Of a stretch of DNA of 47,535 bases, positions 1 through 9,799 are shown piece by piece. Under the pieces are notes generated by a model. The model worked only from the letters and a program-made list of their open reading frames with translations. It made no database searches and was not told the origin of the DNA. The position numbers and the translations under genes are program-made. Source of the DNA: Pseudomonadota bacterium (GTDB taxonomy: Bacteria; Bdellovibrionota_B; Oligoflexia; Oligoflexales; CAIMVM01); contig JBAXBA010000020.1 in assembly GCA_037142195.1 (NCBI GenBank), forward strand, positions 1 to 47,535. The letters are read 5' to 3'. How positions within the stretch are numbered: the first letter of the stretch is position 1; the number at the start of each line of letters is the position of its first letter.

Positions 1-1383
1 ACTCTTGGTTGAATCAATTTCTTGTATCTCAACTCTAGTTGAACGCTCGTAAGCAACTAGAAGACCAGTAAACAACCAGCCCCAGATAGCTAAACCAATC
101 TGGTTGATACTGATAAATGACTGAACCTCGTAGCAGAGCCAGACTGCGGTAAGACCAACAAATACTCGGTCATATTCTTTTCTTCTCGCAGTAACACGGA
201 TAATAGAAACAAATGCGAATCCGAGAATTCCCAAATAGCTCAGCAATAGTGGGTATCCGCCTGAAGCAAAGAAGTCGATAACAACATTGTGTGCGACGTT
301 AGATAATGTGTTTATTCCGGGGGTATCAATTAGAGCAACAGGTGGTCGGGAGCGTCGATACCAATCACCATATGTATCTAAACCAACTCCAGTAAATGGG
401 TGAGTTTTACCCATTTCAATTCCTGTATTCCAGTAGCTACCACGTAATGAGACTGAACGCTTATATACAAAACTCAGGGGACCTTTCTGCAAAGTTCCAA
501 GTACTGCGACTACACCTAAAATCATTACTGCAGCCGCATAACCGTAAGCAATAAATTGCTGTTTAAATCTGGATCTCACGGCATAGAATCCCACGATGGC
601 AAATCCACCTGCGGTTACTACCAAGCCTTGAATCGCATGGGACTTCATGATTTCAAATTCTTCTGGAGTGAAGGCACCCGGCTTGTTTAATACAGCATGG
701 GGAATGCAGGCTTTGCCAGCGTCATGGTAGAGGCCACATTGGGCTAGGGATTCAGCATTTTTCTGGCTTAGTTTGCCTTGGTAGGCCTGCTTTCCCATGA
801 TTCCTGAAAACATGGCTACGGCGGCGGAATGATCGTAGAGACTAGGGTCGATTTGGATCATTCGCGAAAGGGTGGCAATCGAGTAATTATTGTCCATAAG
901 ATTGGAAACCATAAAGGACGCAGCGGCGGCAACTTTACGGGTAGCGTCTTCATTAATTCCCCCGCGAAGGATCATTTGACTTGCGCCACTTAAGTTTACG
1001 AAGGAGATAAGTGTTTTCGAGTCAAGTGCTGGTTCGCGCTCAATCAAGCGTCTGATCTTTAGATCGCGTACCGAGTCGATTACGCGGGTAAATTTTGCAT
1101 GATCAGCTGATTGAACACATATTTCAACTTCCGCATCGTCTTTAATAGAAGCCAGCCAAATATGTTTTAAAAGTTCCTTTGAGAGCTCTGTGGCTTTGAT
1201 ATACTCGACCATTTCTTCATCGACACGAATAAAGATCGAAAAATCAATAGTAGGTGCTTCATAAAGAAAGTGGAAAAGTTCCATGGAAATAGGCGTGAAT
1301 TTGCGCCGATCAAAGCTGTCAATGGGAAACACGCGACAGCGTTTTCGAGTGGATTCTTTGATAATGAATTTTTTGCTGCTCAT
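1..1383 (-). CDS. Partial ORF (runs off the window's left edge): truncated HD-GYP domain protein joined in frame to an O-antigen ligase (Wzy_C/WaaL-like) C-terminal half; probable chimera
   Basis: Manual translation from ATG at 1383 (GGGGA upstream): MSSKKFIIKES...LYDHSAAVA...GLYHDAGKACIPHAVLNKPGAFTPEEFEIMKSHAIQG, then LVVTAGGFAIVG...SLRGSYW...HPFTGVGLDTYG...AHNVVIDFFASGG...SINQIGLAIWGW. No stop before position 1. Confidence 0.8.
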   Translation of the reverse strand, partial: MSSKKFIIKESTRKRCRVFPIDSFDRRKFTPISMELFHFLYEAPTIDFSIFIRVDEEMVEYIKATELSKELLKHIWLASIKDDAEVEICVQSADHAKFTRVIDSVRDLKIRRLIEREPALDSKTLISFVNLSGASQMILRGGINEDATRKVAAAASFMVSNLMDNNYSIATLSRMIQIDPSLYDHSAAVAMFSGIMGKQAYQGKLSQKNAESLAQCGLYHDAGKACIPHAVLNKPGAFTPEEFEIMKSHAIQGLVVTAGGFAIVGFYAVRSRFKQQFIAYGYAAAVMILGVVAVLGTLQKGPLSFVYKRSVSLRGSYWNTGIEMGKTHPFTGVGLDTYGDWYRRSRPPVALIDTPGINTLSNVAHNVVIDFFASGGYPLLLSYLGILGFAFVSIIRVTARRKEYDRVFVGLTAVWLCYEVQSFISINQIGLAIWGWLFTGLLVAYERSTRVEIQEIDSTKS

Positions 1384-1643
1384 ATTGCCATCATCCCCAA
1401 GTACTATCAGTACACCCTGTCGGCGTAAAAAAGACTCCCATGAGTAGGAGGGGAGAAATAAAGCGTAAGTACCTAATTACTTTGAGCTAAAGTAATTGCA
1501 TTTGAGCAGACAACTAGGAGTACATTCCGAGGAACCGTCTTATTGCAGATGGTCTTTTTAGCCACTGAAAAACCGATTTTGCGCGATTTTAGAGGCTGGG
1601 CTTCCCATTTAAAAGCCTAAAAGCGCACCGACCCGGTTTAGGG

Positions 1644-1784
1644 TTATCTTCGAGCCGGAGGCAGATACGAGGAGGGGTGCTCGGTATTAATTGCCGGGTT
1701 GGATCCTTCGGGCTCATTTTCACGTCTGGAATCTTGCTCATATTCCGCATTTTGCTCGCTTCCGCTGGATGTATCTGGATTCAT
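1644..1784 (-). CDS. Small acidic/hydrophilic hypothetical protein (46 aa)
   Basis: Strong RBS AAGGAG a few nt before ATG at 1784; MNPDTSSGSEQNAEYEQDSRRENEPEGSNPAINTEHPSSYLPPARR. Confidence 0.45.
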   Translation of the reverse strand: MNPDTSSGSEQNAEYEQDSRRENEPEGSNPAINTEHPSSYLPPARR

Positions 1785-1948
1785 AAATCTCCTTAGTATT
1801 AGTGTCTTACGGTAAAAAACTTTTGTATTTGTTCCATTATACAGCCCTCTCCCGTTCGAATACAAATCCACCGTGAACATATTCCGTTTTTTTACTTAAT
1901 TTTTGTTTTCACAATCCGAGAGGTTATATAGATGGAGGATTTATTTAT

Positions 1949-3784
1949 ATGACTCAAACGGCCCGAATGCGACCTGTCAAAAAAATAAAGAGCGAGGAAT
2001 ACTCGAAATTCAAACTCATCGATGGCTCTCATCCTTTCAAACAAGCGGCTCCTCTTTGTTATGTAGATTACCAAGCTAGGGTGCGACATGGCGGAAAAGT
2101 CTCATGGTTTAATTTTGAGTTGGCAAGAAAAATGGGCCTCATCTCAGCCACTCACCCAGATGAGCTTAATGCGGACCTAGAAACTATGATTTTAGATACG
2201 TTTTCTATGATCATTATTAACGAGCACGACATAATTCATGGAAAAAAGTATCCCGAACATGAAATCAAGAAAGGTCGCTATATGGCGACCCGTTATTTGC
2301 AGCTCCAGCACAAATCAAAACAGGGGGTGACTTCTGGGGATGGGCGCTCTGTTTGGAACGGCCATGTGAAACATGATGGAGTGACTTGGGATATCTCTAG
2401 TTGTGGAACTGGAGCTACCTGCTTATCACCGGCTACCGACAAACACGGTAAATTTTTCAAGACCGGAGATAAAGAGGTTTCTTACGGTTGCGGTTATTCC
2501 AAATTACATGAAGGCCTTTTAGACGTTATTTTTTCTGAGGTGCTGGCTGCTCGAGGGGTGCGAACGGAAAGAATCCTGGCCGTAATTGAATATCCCGGAT
2601 CCTTTGCCGTCACCGTTAGAGCCGGTCAAAATCTATTTCGGCCTTCTCACTTCTTTAATCATATTAAGCAAGGTCGCATTGATCGTCTTAAAAATGTGCT
2701 TGATTTCTATATTGATAGACAGATTCAGAATAAAGTGTTTCCTGCAGACCTGAGTGCTAAGGATAAGTACCAATATTTTTTACGCTGGGTGTCGGAGCGT
2801 TTTGCGGAAGCCAGCGCCAGATTTGAAGAAGACTATCTCTTTTGCTGGATCGATTGGGATGGCGATAATATTATGGCCGATGGCGGCATCATTGACTTCG
2901 GTTCTGTAAGACAGTTTGGTATTTTTCATCACGAATATCGCTTTGACGATGATGAACGATGGTCTACCAATATTAAAGAACAGAAGATTAAGGCCCGTTA
3001 TACAGTCCAAGTGTTTGCGCAGTGCGTCGATGCAGTTATCAATCAATCGAAAAGAGGCCTGGAGTCTTTTGAAAACTCTTCGGCTTGTCAACTGTTCGAT
3101 CGCAGTTTTAAACGCTATAAGTCTAAGTTCTTACTCGAAAGACTAGGCTTTTCTTCAAGTTTCTCTGAAGAAATTGCCCAGAAGAACCCAGGATGGTTTA
3201 GGCTGCTGCAACAAAGTTTCTATCATTTAGAAATGAAGAAATCGTCCTCAGGTGTTATTAAAGTTCCTGATGGAAAAACGTGGATCCCTCTATACAACAT
3301 GAGGAGTTTTTCGAGAGACTTGATCAGCAATGCTCTTAAGGAACATGGGGAGGGGCTGCAATTAGCGAAGCTGTCCTTAAAAGTTTCTACTCTCCCCGCA
3401 AAATTCAACAAGCTAGATCATACTACGCTGAATGATCATGTGGAGCGTATTCTAAAAAGCTTTCGTATGGGATTGTCGTACAGTCAGAAGTCCAAGTTAG
3501 ATCAAGAAAATACGGCAGAAAGAGTTTCTGAGCGCGCATGGAGTCAAAATCACCCCCAGCGCATTACGGGAGATGGTGCTTGCATAGTGGCGGAATACAT
3601 TCAAAGAAAACGTACAGGGGTTTCAAGAGACGTAATTTACCACTTGGTACAGATGTTTGTTCTCGACCAAGTGCGTGGCGGTGTTGTAGATATGGACTTG
3701 GGAAGACTGCCGGATGCAAGAACTGTGGCAATGATGACCTCAAAGATTAATAAGATTTTAAAGAGCTATAGGGAAGGTCTATGA
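1949..3784 (+). CDS. Divergent SelO/YdiU-family (protein adenylyltransferase-like, kinase-fold) protein
   Basis: SGDGR motif, SEVL..RGV.T.R.LAVI, VR......RPSHF, and DGDNI...GIIDFG matching SelO NTDN...TIDYG; RBS GGAGG. Confidence 0.75.
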   Translation: MTQTARMRPVKKIKSEEYSKFKLIDGSHPFKQAAPLCYVDYQARVRHGGKVSWFNFELARKMGLISATHPDELNADLETMILDTFSMIIINEHDIIHGKKYPEHEIKKGRYMATRYLQLQHKSKQGVTSGDGRSVWNGHVKHDGVTWDISSCGTGATCLSPATDKHGKFFKTGDKEVSYGCGYSKLHEGLLDVIFSEVLAARGVRTERILAVIEYPGSFAVTVRAGQNLFRPSHFFNHIKQGRIDRLKNVLDFYIDRQIQNKVFPADLSAKDKYQYFLRWVSERFAEASARFEEDYLFCWIDWDGDNIMADGGIIDFGSVRQFGIFHHEYRFDDDERWSTNIKEQKIKARYTVQVFAQCVDAVINQSKRGLESFENSSACQLFDRSFKRYKSKFLLERLGFSSSFSEEIAQKNPGWFRLLQQSFYHLEMKKSSSGVIKVPDGKTWIPLYNMRSFSRDLISNALKEHGEGLQLAKLSLKVSTLPAKFNKLDHTTLNDHVERILKSFRMGLSYSQKSKLDQENTAERVSERAWSQNHPQRITGDGACIVAEYIQRKRTGVSRDVIYHLVQMFVLDQVRGGVVDMDLGRLPDARTVAMMTSKINKILKSYREGL

Positions 3785-4464
3785 CGCGTGGGCTTGATGT
3801 CTGGCTTTACAGCTCCGATGATGCGGAGCTTAATTCTCAAATGGATGAAGATCTTTATGCAAGCCTTTTGAGGACTCACCCTCATTTGACATTCATTTCG
3901 TCCCATAAATCCACAGCGGAAGCTCATTTTGAACTCTTTCACGATCGTTTTTCTAGGTTTGGGTATTGTCATACGTCTTTGCTCTCGCCTGATCTTCCCT
4001 TCACTCAAAGCCGGCTTTCCAAAGCCTTAAGATCCGATATGATTTACCTGGATGGCGGCAATACCTATTATTTTTTAGAAGCTTTAAGAAAAGCTAAGCT
4101 TATGCCAAGTTTAAGGGAATTCGTAAAAAAGGGTGGTGTTCTGGGTGGAACCAGTGCAGGTGCTATTATTCTAACACCCAACATCAACACGGCGAGCTAT
4201 CCCACTTCAGATCATGATGAAAATGAAGCAGGCATGGAAGACCTAACGGCACTTGGAGTCGTAGGTTTTGAGTTCTATCCCCATTGGGTAGACCAGCCGG
4301 CCTATAATGAAGCACTGCTCGAGCAGTCGGAGCTTATTGATGTTCCCATTTATGGCGCTCCTGATGGCGGGGGCGTGAGGAGTCATGCGGGGCGGCTGAC
4401 GTTCTATGGTGATGTACACGCCTTTGTTGATGGAAGCAAAATTCGCCTCAATCCGTTTCATTAG
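3781..4464 (+). CDS. Peptidase S51 (peptidase E-like, class I glutamine amidotransferase-like fold)
   Basis: IYLDGGNTYY, nucleophile motif GTSAGA, FYPH; ATGA overlap with the upstream gene. Confidence 0.85.
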   Translation: MTRGLDVWLYSSDDAELNSQMDEDLYASLLRTHPHLTFISSHKSTAEAHFELFHDRFSRFGYCHTSLLSPDLPFTQSRLSKALRSDMIYLDGGNTYYFLEALRKAKLMPSLREFVKKGGVLGGTSAGAIILTPNINTASYPTSDHDENEAGMEDLTALGVVGFEFYPHWVDQPAYNEALLEQSELIDVPIYGAPDGGGVRSHAGRLTFYGDVHAFVDGSKIRLNPFH

Positions 4465-4495
4465 GCCTGGCCCCCGGGCACCAGCCTGAGAAGGA

Positions 4496-4563
4496 TTTAG
4501 ATTTCACTTTAGATTTCACTTTAGATTTCGCTTTAGATTTCCACTTTAGATTTCCACTTTAGA
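4496..4563. repeat. Tandem repeat, ~5.5 copies of TTTAGATTTC(C)AC (12-13 bp)
   Basis: tttagatttcac tttagatttcac tttagatttcgc tttagatttccac tttagatttccac tttaga. Confidence 0.9.
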
Positions 4564-4797
4564 GCTCGATAGGTGGCACTAAGGCATTTTAAATAACGCC
4601 ATTTCACTGAGGACATTCAGCCGTGCAGGTGAGATAGCGAGCTATCCACACAGATTAGTCTAAAATATAGACAGGCTAGACGGTTATTATTCCCAGATAT
4701 TCCCAAAAGTTTATAATTTAGAGGCCGGTTGGCTTAAAAAGTGACAATCCTTGGTGTTGGAGTTAGGATCTGCTCCCCAAAAACCAGGCGAGGTTCC

Positions 4798-7089
4798 ATG
4801 AGCGATTTGATTTCCATCGACGAAGAGATTTTGCGCCTTAGAGCGGTGCGGGAAGACCTGAAAGTTACAGTAAAGTCTGTTTCGGAAAACATTCTGGGTG
4901 AAGCAAGCCAGATTTTGATCGGAACTGCAGAAACCAAAGATGAATGGGGCGCTCTGCACGAACAGCTACATACCTACAATTCTCTTATGAGTCGAAAGAG
5001 TCAGAGCATCTATCCTGACCCAAACTTTCCTTATTTCGCTCGGATTGTTTTAGAGGAGCCCCATCACAATAGAGATGTTTTACTTGGCTACGGATCCCTC
5101 GTGGGAGGTCAGGTGAGTTATCCCATTGTCGATTGGCGAAAAGCTCCCGTAGCTCAAGTCTTTTTTGAAAAAAAGTCGGGGGAGACTTTTGAGCAAGAGC
5201 TTCCGCGGCGGCTTTCGACGGGCATCGTAGCTTCTAGATTCCTTTATGGAATAAGGCGAGGTGAGTTGACATCTGTTTGGAGCGACAAAGGCGAAAGGCT
5301 TTATTGGTCCCACGATACTTGGAATCAGGAATTCATTCCTTGGACCATTCCTCTTTCGGGAGGAGAAGGTAAAGCGGTTCGAAGCATAGATCCGACCCGC
5401 GTATGGTCTGATGCGGATGATAGCGAAGCACAAAAACTTCTAGATGGCGATCAGCGGGAGGTTCTAAATTCACCTCCCGACGAATCTCTACTGGTACTGG
5501 GTGGTGCCGGATCAGGAAAGACGACCGTAGCTCTTCTCCGCCTGGCGAAGCTTGTAAAAGGTCTAAATGGCAGCTTTGTCCCAAGTAAATCCATGGTGAT
5601 CGTACCCCATGAGGGCTTAAGGCGTCTTTGCACCAATATTCTGTGGACTATGAATATCGTAGATCTAGCCGTACTTACTTATGACGATTGGATTTCCCGT
5701 GAAGGCGCAAAAATCTTTAAAGATTTGCCAAAGAGGATCTATAATTCCACGCCTGCAACCGTTGTGAATATCAAAAGATCTAGTGGCATGATCGCTCTAT
5801 TAGATACCTACATAGCAGATGGATTCAGAGCTGCAAAAAGGGACCTCATTCAAAAGTTTCCTGAAGTTGAGGCGACGGTTACTCTTGTAGATTTTGAGTC
5901 CCATCAAACTTTGCTTAAGAACTACGACATACTCCAGATTGCAGCTCTAAAAGCTTCCTATCCTGCCAATAGAGAGCGGCTTAATCGATTTTTTTCAGGT
6001 CTGCACACGGAACTCTATGATCTCGCACAAGATCGTATCTCTCTATTTACCGATGAAAAGTTACTCTTGGGGCTTATTGACGAAAAGACTGGGATTACGG
6101 CCCATTCCGTGAATCAACTTTTGGAGTATTCTAGAAGGCAGTTTTTTAGTCTCCTGTCTTCCATCGAAGTTGAGAAGGAGACAGAAGCTCATATTGCATT
6201 AGACGGCCGAGATGAGACAGAAGAGGACGAAGAGGATCTTTATAAGTCGATTGATGTGGAAGACTACGTCGTGCTTTTTCATCTTCTACTAAAGAAAACA
6301 GGTCAAGTATTTGTGCCAGGCAGAGGAAGTCTCGCAACATCCAAGTATTTGGTAATCGATGAAGCCCAGGAACTTTCAGAAAGTGAACTACGTATTCTGG
6401 GGCATTCTCTCGAAAAGGGTGGTTCGGTGACTTTGTCAGGCGATGAGGGCCAACTCACAACTTCAGAAGAAGCTTTTTTAACTTGGGATAAAGTGCTAGA
6501 GGCCATGGGTTTAGAGAGTGTAAAAAGATCTAGGCTTATGACCAACTACCGATCGACCAAATCAGTAGCCCATTTTGGACTTCATGTGCTAGGCCCCCTC
6601 GCCAAGGAATTACCCCAGGCAGTCCGAATGGGTCTACCAGTTATTGTGTCTCATTTTGAAGGGATTGGGCCAGGTTGTACCATACTGTCGGATACACTTC
6701 GGGACTTGGTGCGGCGAGAGGAAAATTCCAGTATAGCCGTTGTATGCAAAGACGAAAAAACAGCCAAACTTCTCTATCAGCTCTTTGAAGATTTGGAGTC
6801 GAGTCGGCTTGTTTTAGATGGAAAATTTACCTTTGACCCAGGGATTGATTTTACGACTCTGGATGAGGTTAAGGGACTTGAGTTTGATTATGTCATCATT
6901 CCTGATGCCCATTCGTTCGTATATCGAGAGGATCATTTTTCGAGAAGAGCTCTTTATGTTGCCCTTACGCGGGCTGTCCACGGGCTTTGGATTTTTTCTA
7001 CCGCGAAACCTTCCCCGCTTTTGGAAACTTGGCAGCCTCTAGGCGAGGATCATGCTTATCGGAAGATGATTTCAGCCACCTTGAGCTGA
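4798..7089 (+). CDS. HelD-like / UvrD-family SF1 helicase-like ATPase
   Basis: N-terminal PYFARI and IVDWRKAPVA (HelD-type), Walker A GGAGSGKT, IDEAQE, GDEGQ, NYRS, KGLEFD, LYVALTRA; likely start ATG 4798 with GAGG RBS. Confidence 0.8.
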   Translation: MSDLISIDEEILRLRAVREDLKVTVKSVSENILGEASQILIGTAETKDEWGALHEQLHTYNSLMSRKSQSIYPDPNFPYFARIVLEEPHHNRDVLLGYGSLVGGQVSYPIVDWRKAPVAQVFFEKKSGETFEQELPRRLSTGIVASRFLYGIRRGELTSVWSDKGERLYWSHDTWNQEFIPWTIPLSGGEGKAVRSIDPTRVWSDADDSEAQKLLDGDQREVLNSPPDESLLVLGGAGSGKTTVALLRLAKLVKGLNGSFVPSKSMVIVPHEGLRRLCTNILWTMNIVDLAVLTYDDWISREGAKIFKDLPKRIYNSTPATVVNIKRSSGMIALLDTYIADGFRAAKRDLIQKFPEVEATVTLVDFESHQTLLKNYDILQIAALKASYPANRERLNRFFSGLHTELYDLAQDRISLFTDEKLLLGLIDEKTGITAHSVNQLLEYSRRQFFSLLSSIEVEKETEAHIALDGRDETEEDEEDLYKSIDVEDYVVLFHLLLKKTGQVFVPGRGSLATSKYLVIDEAQELSESELRILGHSLEKGGSVTLSGDEGQLTTSEEAFLTWDKVLEAMGLESVKRSRLMTNYRSTKSVAHFGLHVLGPLAKELPQAVRMGLPVIVSHFEGIGPGCTILSDTLRDLVRREENSSIAVVCKDEKTAKLLYQLFEDLESSRLVLDGKFTFDPGIDFTTLDEVKGLEFDYVIIPDAHSFVYREDHFSRRALYVALTRAVHGLWIFSTAKPSPLLETWQPLGEDHAYRKMISATLS

Positions 7090-7126
7090 AAGTGTTCTCT
7101 AGGAGCAGCCGAATTCCAGGGGCGGG

Positions 7127-7786
7127 CTATTTCATTAAAGTGAGGCAGCCCGTCAGGTCTAGAGATTCAGGGCGGCGGGCCTCACTTAGGCCGTTTTTTT
7201 CTACACTGAAATTTCCAAAGCAAAGCTTTCCTTCTTCTAAGCCCATTAAGCCGAAGGTCGTCTGTTGTTTTTCAATTGTTTTTTCCTGATTCAAGATTAA
7301 ATCTGAAATCTCATTCTTAAAGAAAACAAAGATCGAATCGTCTTTGTAAAAGAAATATCTGGCACTCTCTGAAATAAAATTGACCTTGGCACTGGCTTTA
7401 GTTCCATCGACTAGGGTCAAGCGACCAGTGGTTAAAAGTTTCATGCTCACGTCTTTTTTGTCTTGGCAGTCAGACTGAGAAGTGAACGCGGTGACGACTT
7501 CTGAATACGTAGAATGGGAAAAGCTGATGTCGCGATTGTAATAGAAGGGAAGTCCCCATGTAGGATTTGCGCAGTGGATCGTCCATTTTCCCTGGATACG
7601 AGGGGTTAGGGTGTCTGAAGAACCGATGCTCGTGTGAAGTATTTCTGTTTCTAAGGGTGCATTCTGTCTGTCTTGACTCGTAGACCCTAAAATTGCATCA
7701 GGAGCATCCTGAAGCCTTTGGGTGCGAGGCATAACTTGTTTACAAGATGACGCTAAAATCACAAATAATGTACAAGCGTATTTCAT
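7127..7786 (-). CDS. Hypothetical lipoprotein
   Basis: Signal peptide with lipobox-like LASSC; 219-aa ORF, GAGG RBS. Confidence 0.7.
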   Translation of the reverse strand: MKYACTLFVILASSCKQVMPRTQRLQDAPDAILGSTSQDRQNAPLETEILHTSIGSSDTLTPRIQGKWTIHCANPTWGLPFYYNRDISFSHSTYSEVVTAFTSQSDCQDKKDVSMKLLTTGRLTLVDGTKASAKVNFISESARYFFYKDDSIFVFFKNEISDLILNQEKTIEKQQTTFGLMGLEEGKLCFGNFSVEKNGLSEARRPESLDLTGCLTLMK

Positions 7787-8360
7787 TTTGTTTCCCTCAA
7801 CTTGGACTTACTATTTTTTGGAAGAATCTAGAGTAAACTTAAAAACAGCTCGGTGTATACCATAAAAGTCATGGACCTCAGGTCTTGATGTTATGGCGAA
7901 GAAGTTACTGCAGACTCATGTAGGAAGCAGTTCTGGGATCCTTCCAAAATCTGAAGCCTAGCCCGACAGAGGTTTGAAGTCATAAACTCGGCTCTGGCAG
8001 GAAAAGCAATAGTTCCAAATGTCCTTTGGTTTTTCAGAAACGAAAAAAAGGACTCGTTTACAGGCAGGAGTAGGATGGGTTCCGTCGGTCCCGCTTGGCG
8101 CGCTGGGATGAGGATGTTTTTTCGGCATGTCTGGCGGACCCCCATCGATAGAAATTTCCTAGGAACGGGAGGTTAAACAGTGAGAGCACCTCCCGTTTTC
8201 TCTTCATACCATCAGAATTTGTGGAAAGAACCAAAGACCCTAGTAGGAGTGTATCCAGAAGGTGCCTTGAATCGGAATTATAAGAGGCGCCAGGTATTGG
8301 CAATCAAGAATGATCTCATTCTCTGAATCCATATTATTTAACGAGGAAAGGAATCTGGGA

Positions 8361-9608
8361 CTATTTTTCCAAATAATCTAAATCGTCGCCATACGTTTCT
8401 CTAATAGACCCAATCGCCCAAAAGGAAAGGCTAAAGCAAATGGCTCCCACTATCTGAGCGGCGGGTAATGTTCCAAAGAGAGTTTTGAGAGACGTAAATC
8501 CAAGGGTGAGGAGTACTACCGAGCCTCGAACGAAATTGGGGACGGTCGTCGTAACGGTAGCTCTAAGATTGGTGCCAAATTGCTCCGTGGCGATCATCAT
8601 AAAGACAGCCCAGTATCCCATGCCTAATCCCATAGCGAAGATAATTCCATATACGAGGCTTGGGGAAGCCCCATGGGCAACGCTGAGGAGAAGGGAACAA
8701 ATCAGTGCAAAGAACATGAAAATCCCTGCAGCTTTTTTTCTTGATTTCAGTTTTTGGGAAAGGAGCCCACTTGCTAAATCGCCAATGGCGAGTCCACCAT
8801 ACATCGCCATCACGGCGCTTCCTGCGCTGATGGGGCCAGTAACACCCAATTGGGCAGCAATTTCTGGCGAGAACGTGACAAGAATGCCGACTCCAAACCA
8901 AAGGGGTACGCCTATCAATATAGCCTTTATATACCTCGAAAAGCGCTCTCTCTTTGCAAAAAGACTTAAAAACTGCCCCATCGGTACCTGAGCAGACTGG
9001 GCTGACTTTTCAAACATTTTCGACTCAAAGGTCTTCATTCTTAAAACAAGTAAAGAAAGTCCAAGGAGGCCGCCTACCGCATACGCCATGCGCCAACTTA
9101 GGAGATTGGCGACGAGTCCGGCAAAAACAGCTCCTGAAACTCCAATGGCAGCGACTATGGTGGCTCCATGACCTCTACCTTTTACAGAAAGGCTTTCACT
9201 AACCAAGGTGATAGCGGCTCCAAGTTCGCCAGCTAGGCCTATGCCAGCAACAAACCGCAAGAGGGCATATTGATCCACAGTCGTGACAAAGGCGTTGAGC
9301 AAATTCGCTATAGAATAAAGAAGAATAGAGCCAAATAAGACTTTTACCCGTCCCAGTTTGTCTCCCATGATGCCCCAAATGATGCCCCCTAAAAGCATGC
9401 CAAACATTTGAGAGTTAAGAAGTACGACGCCTTTTTCCAAAAGAGCATCTCCCGACAGACCCAGTTCCGTTAGGCTTTTAACCCGTACTATGGAAAATAG
9501 GATCAAGTCATAGATGTCGACAAAGTAGCCAAGGGCTGAAACAATGACAGCACCGCTTAAAATTTCTTTCCAAGGAGATAGGTCATTTTTTGTAACAGGT
9601 GAGGTCAT
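8361..9608 (-). CDS. MFS transporter
   Basis: ~12 hydrophobic segments, GYFVDIYD, motif A GIMGDKLGRVK, RFVAGIGLAGE; start may be 9620. Confidence 0.9.
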   Translation of the reverse strand: MTSPVTKNDLSPWKEILSGAVIVSALGYFVDIYDLILFSIVRVKSLTELGLSGDALLEKGVVLLNSQMFGMLLGGIIWGIMGDKLGRVKVLFGSILLYSIANLLNAFVTTVDQYALLRFVAGIGLAGELGAAITLVSESLSVKGRGHGATIVAAIGVSGAVFAGLVANLLSWRMAYAVGGLLGLSLLVLRMKTFESKMFEKSAQSAQVPMGQFLSLFAKRERFSRYIKAILIGVPLWFGVGILVTFSPEIAAQLGVTGPISAGSAVMAMYGGLAIGDLASGLLSQKLKSRKKAAGIFMFFALICSLLLSVAHGASPSLVYGIIFAMGLGMGYWAVFMMIATEQFGTNLRATVTTTVPNFVRGSVVLLTLGFTSLKTLFGTLPAAQIVGAICFSLSFWAIGSIRETYGDDLDYLEK

Positions 9609-9799
9609 ATTAGGTTCCAATTTGCGTAAAAGTGTTCCTTAAAGGGAGGAAGTGTCTAATCTAAAGTCTGTGTCACGATCTGCTCACGAAATTTTAGAAA
9701 TAAGATGGAGGTCTCTTAGGACCACAAAGCCACATCCAAAAAATGGAAAAAGAAAGATGCCATGAGATTTCCTTTACTTTAAAAGGCGACGGAAATGTT

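Noticed and set aside
3782..3784. TGA of the SelO-like gene as selenocysteine read-through
   Set aside because: It forms an ATGA overlap with the next gene's start, no SECIS-like hairpin is evident, and the context does not resemble the SelO C-terminal redox motif.
4496..4563. Repeat array as a CRISPR
   Set aside because: Units are 12-13 bp and contiguous, with no spacers and no cas genes.
7790..8360. Short ORFs or an ncRNA in the 570-bp gap
   Set aside because: No RBS, protein motif or recognisable RNA family structure.
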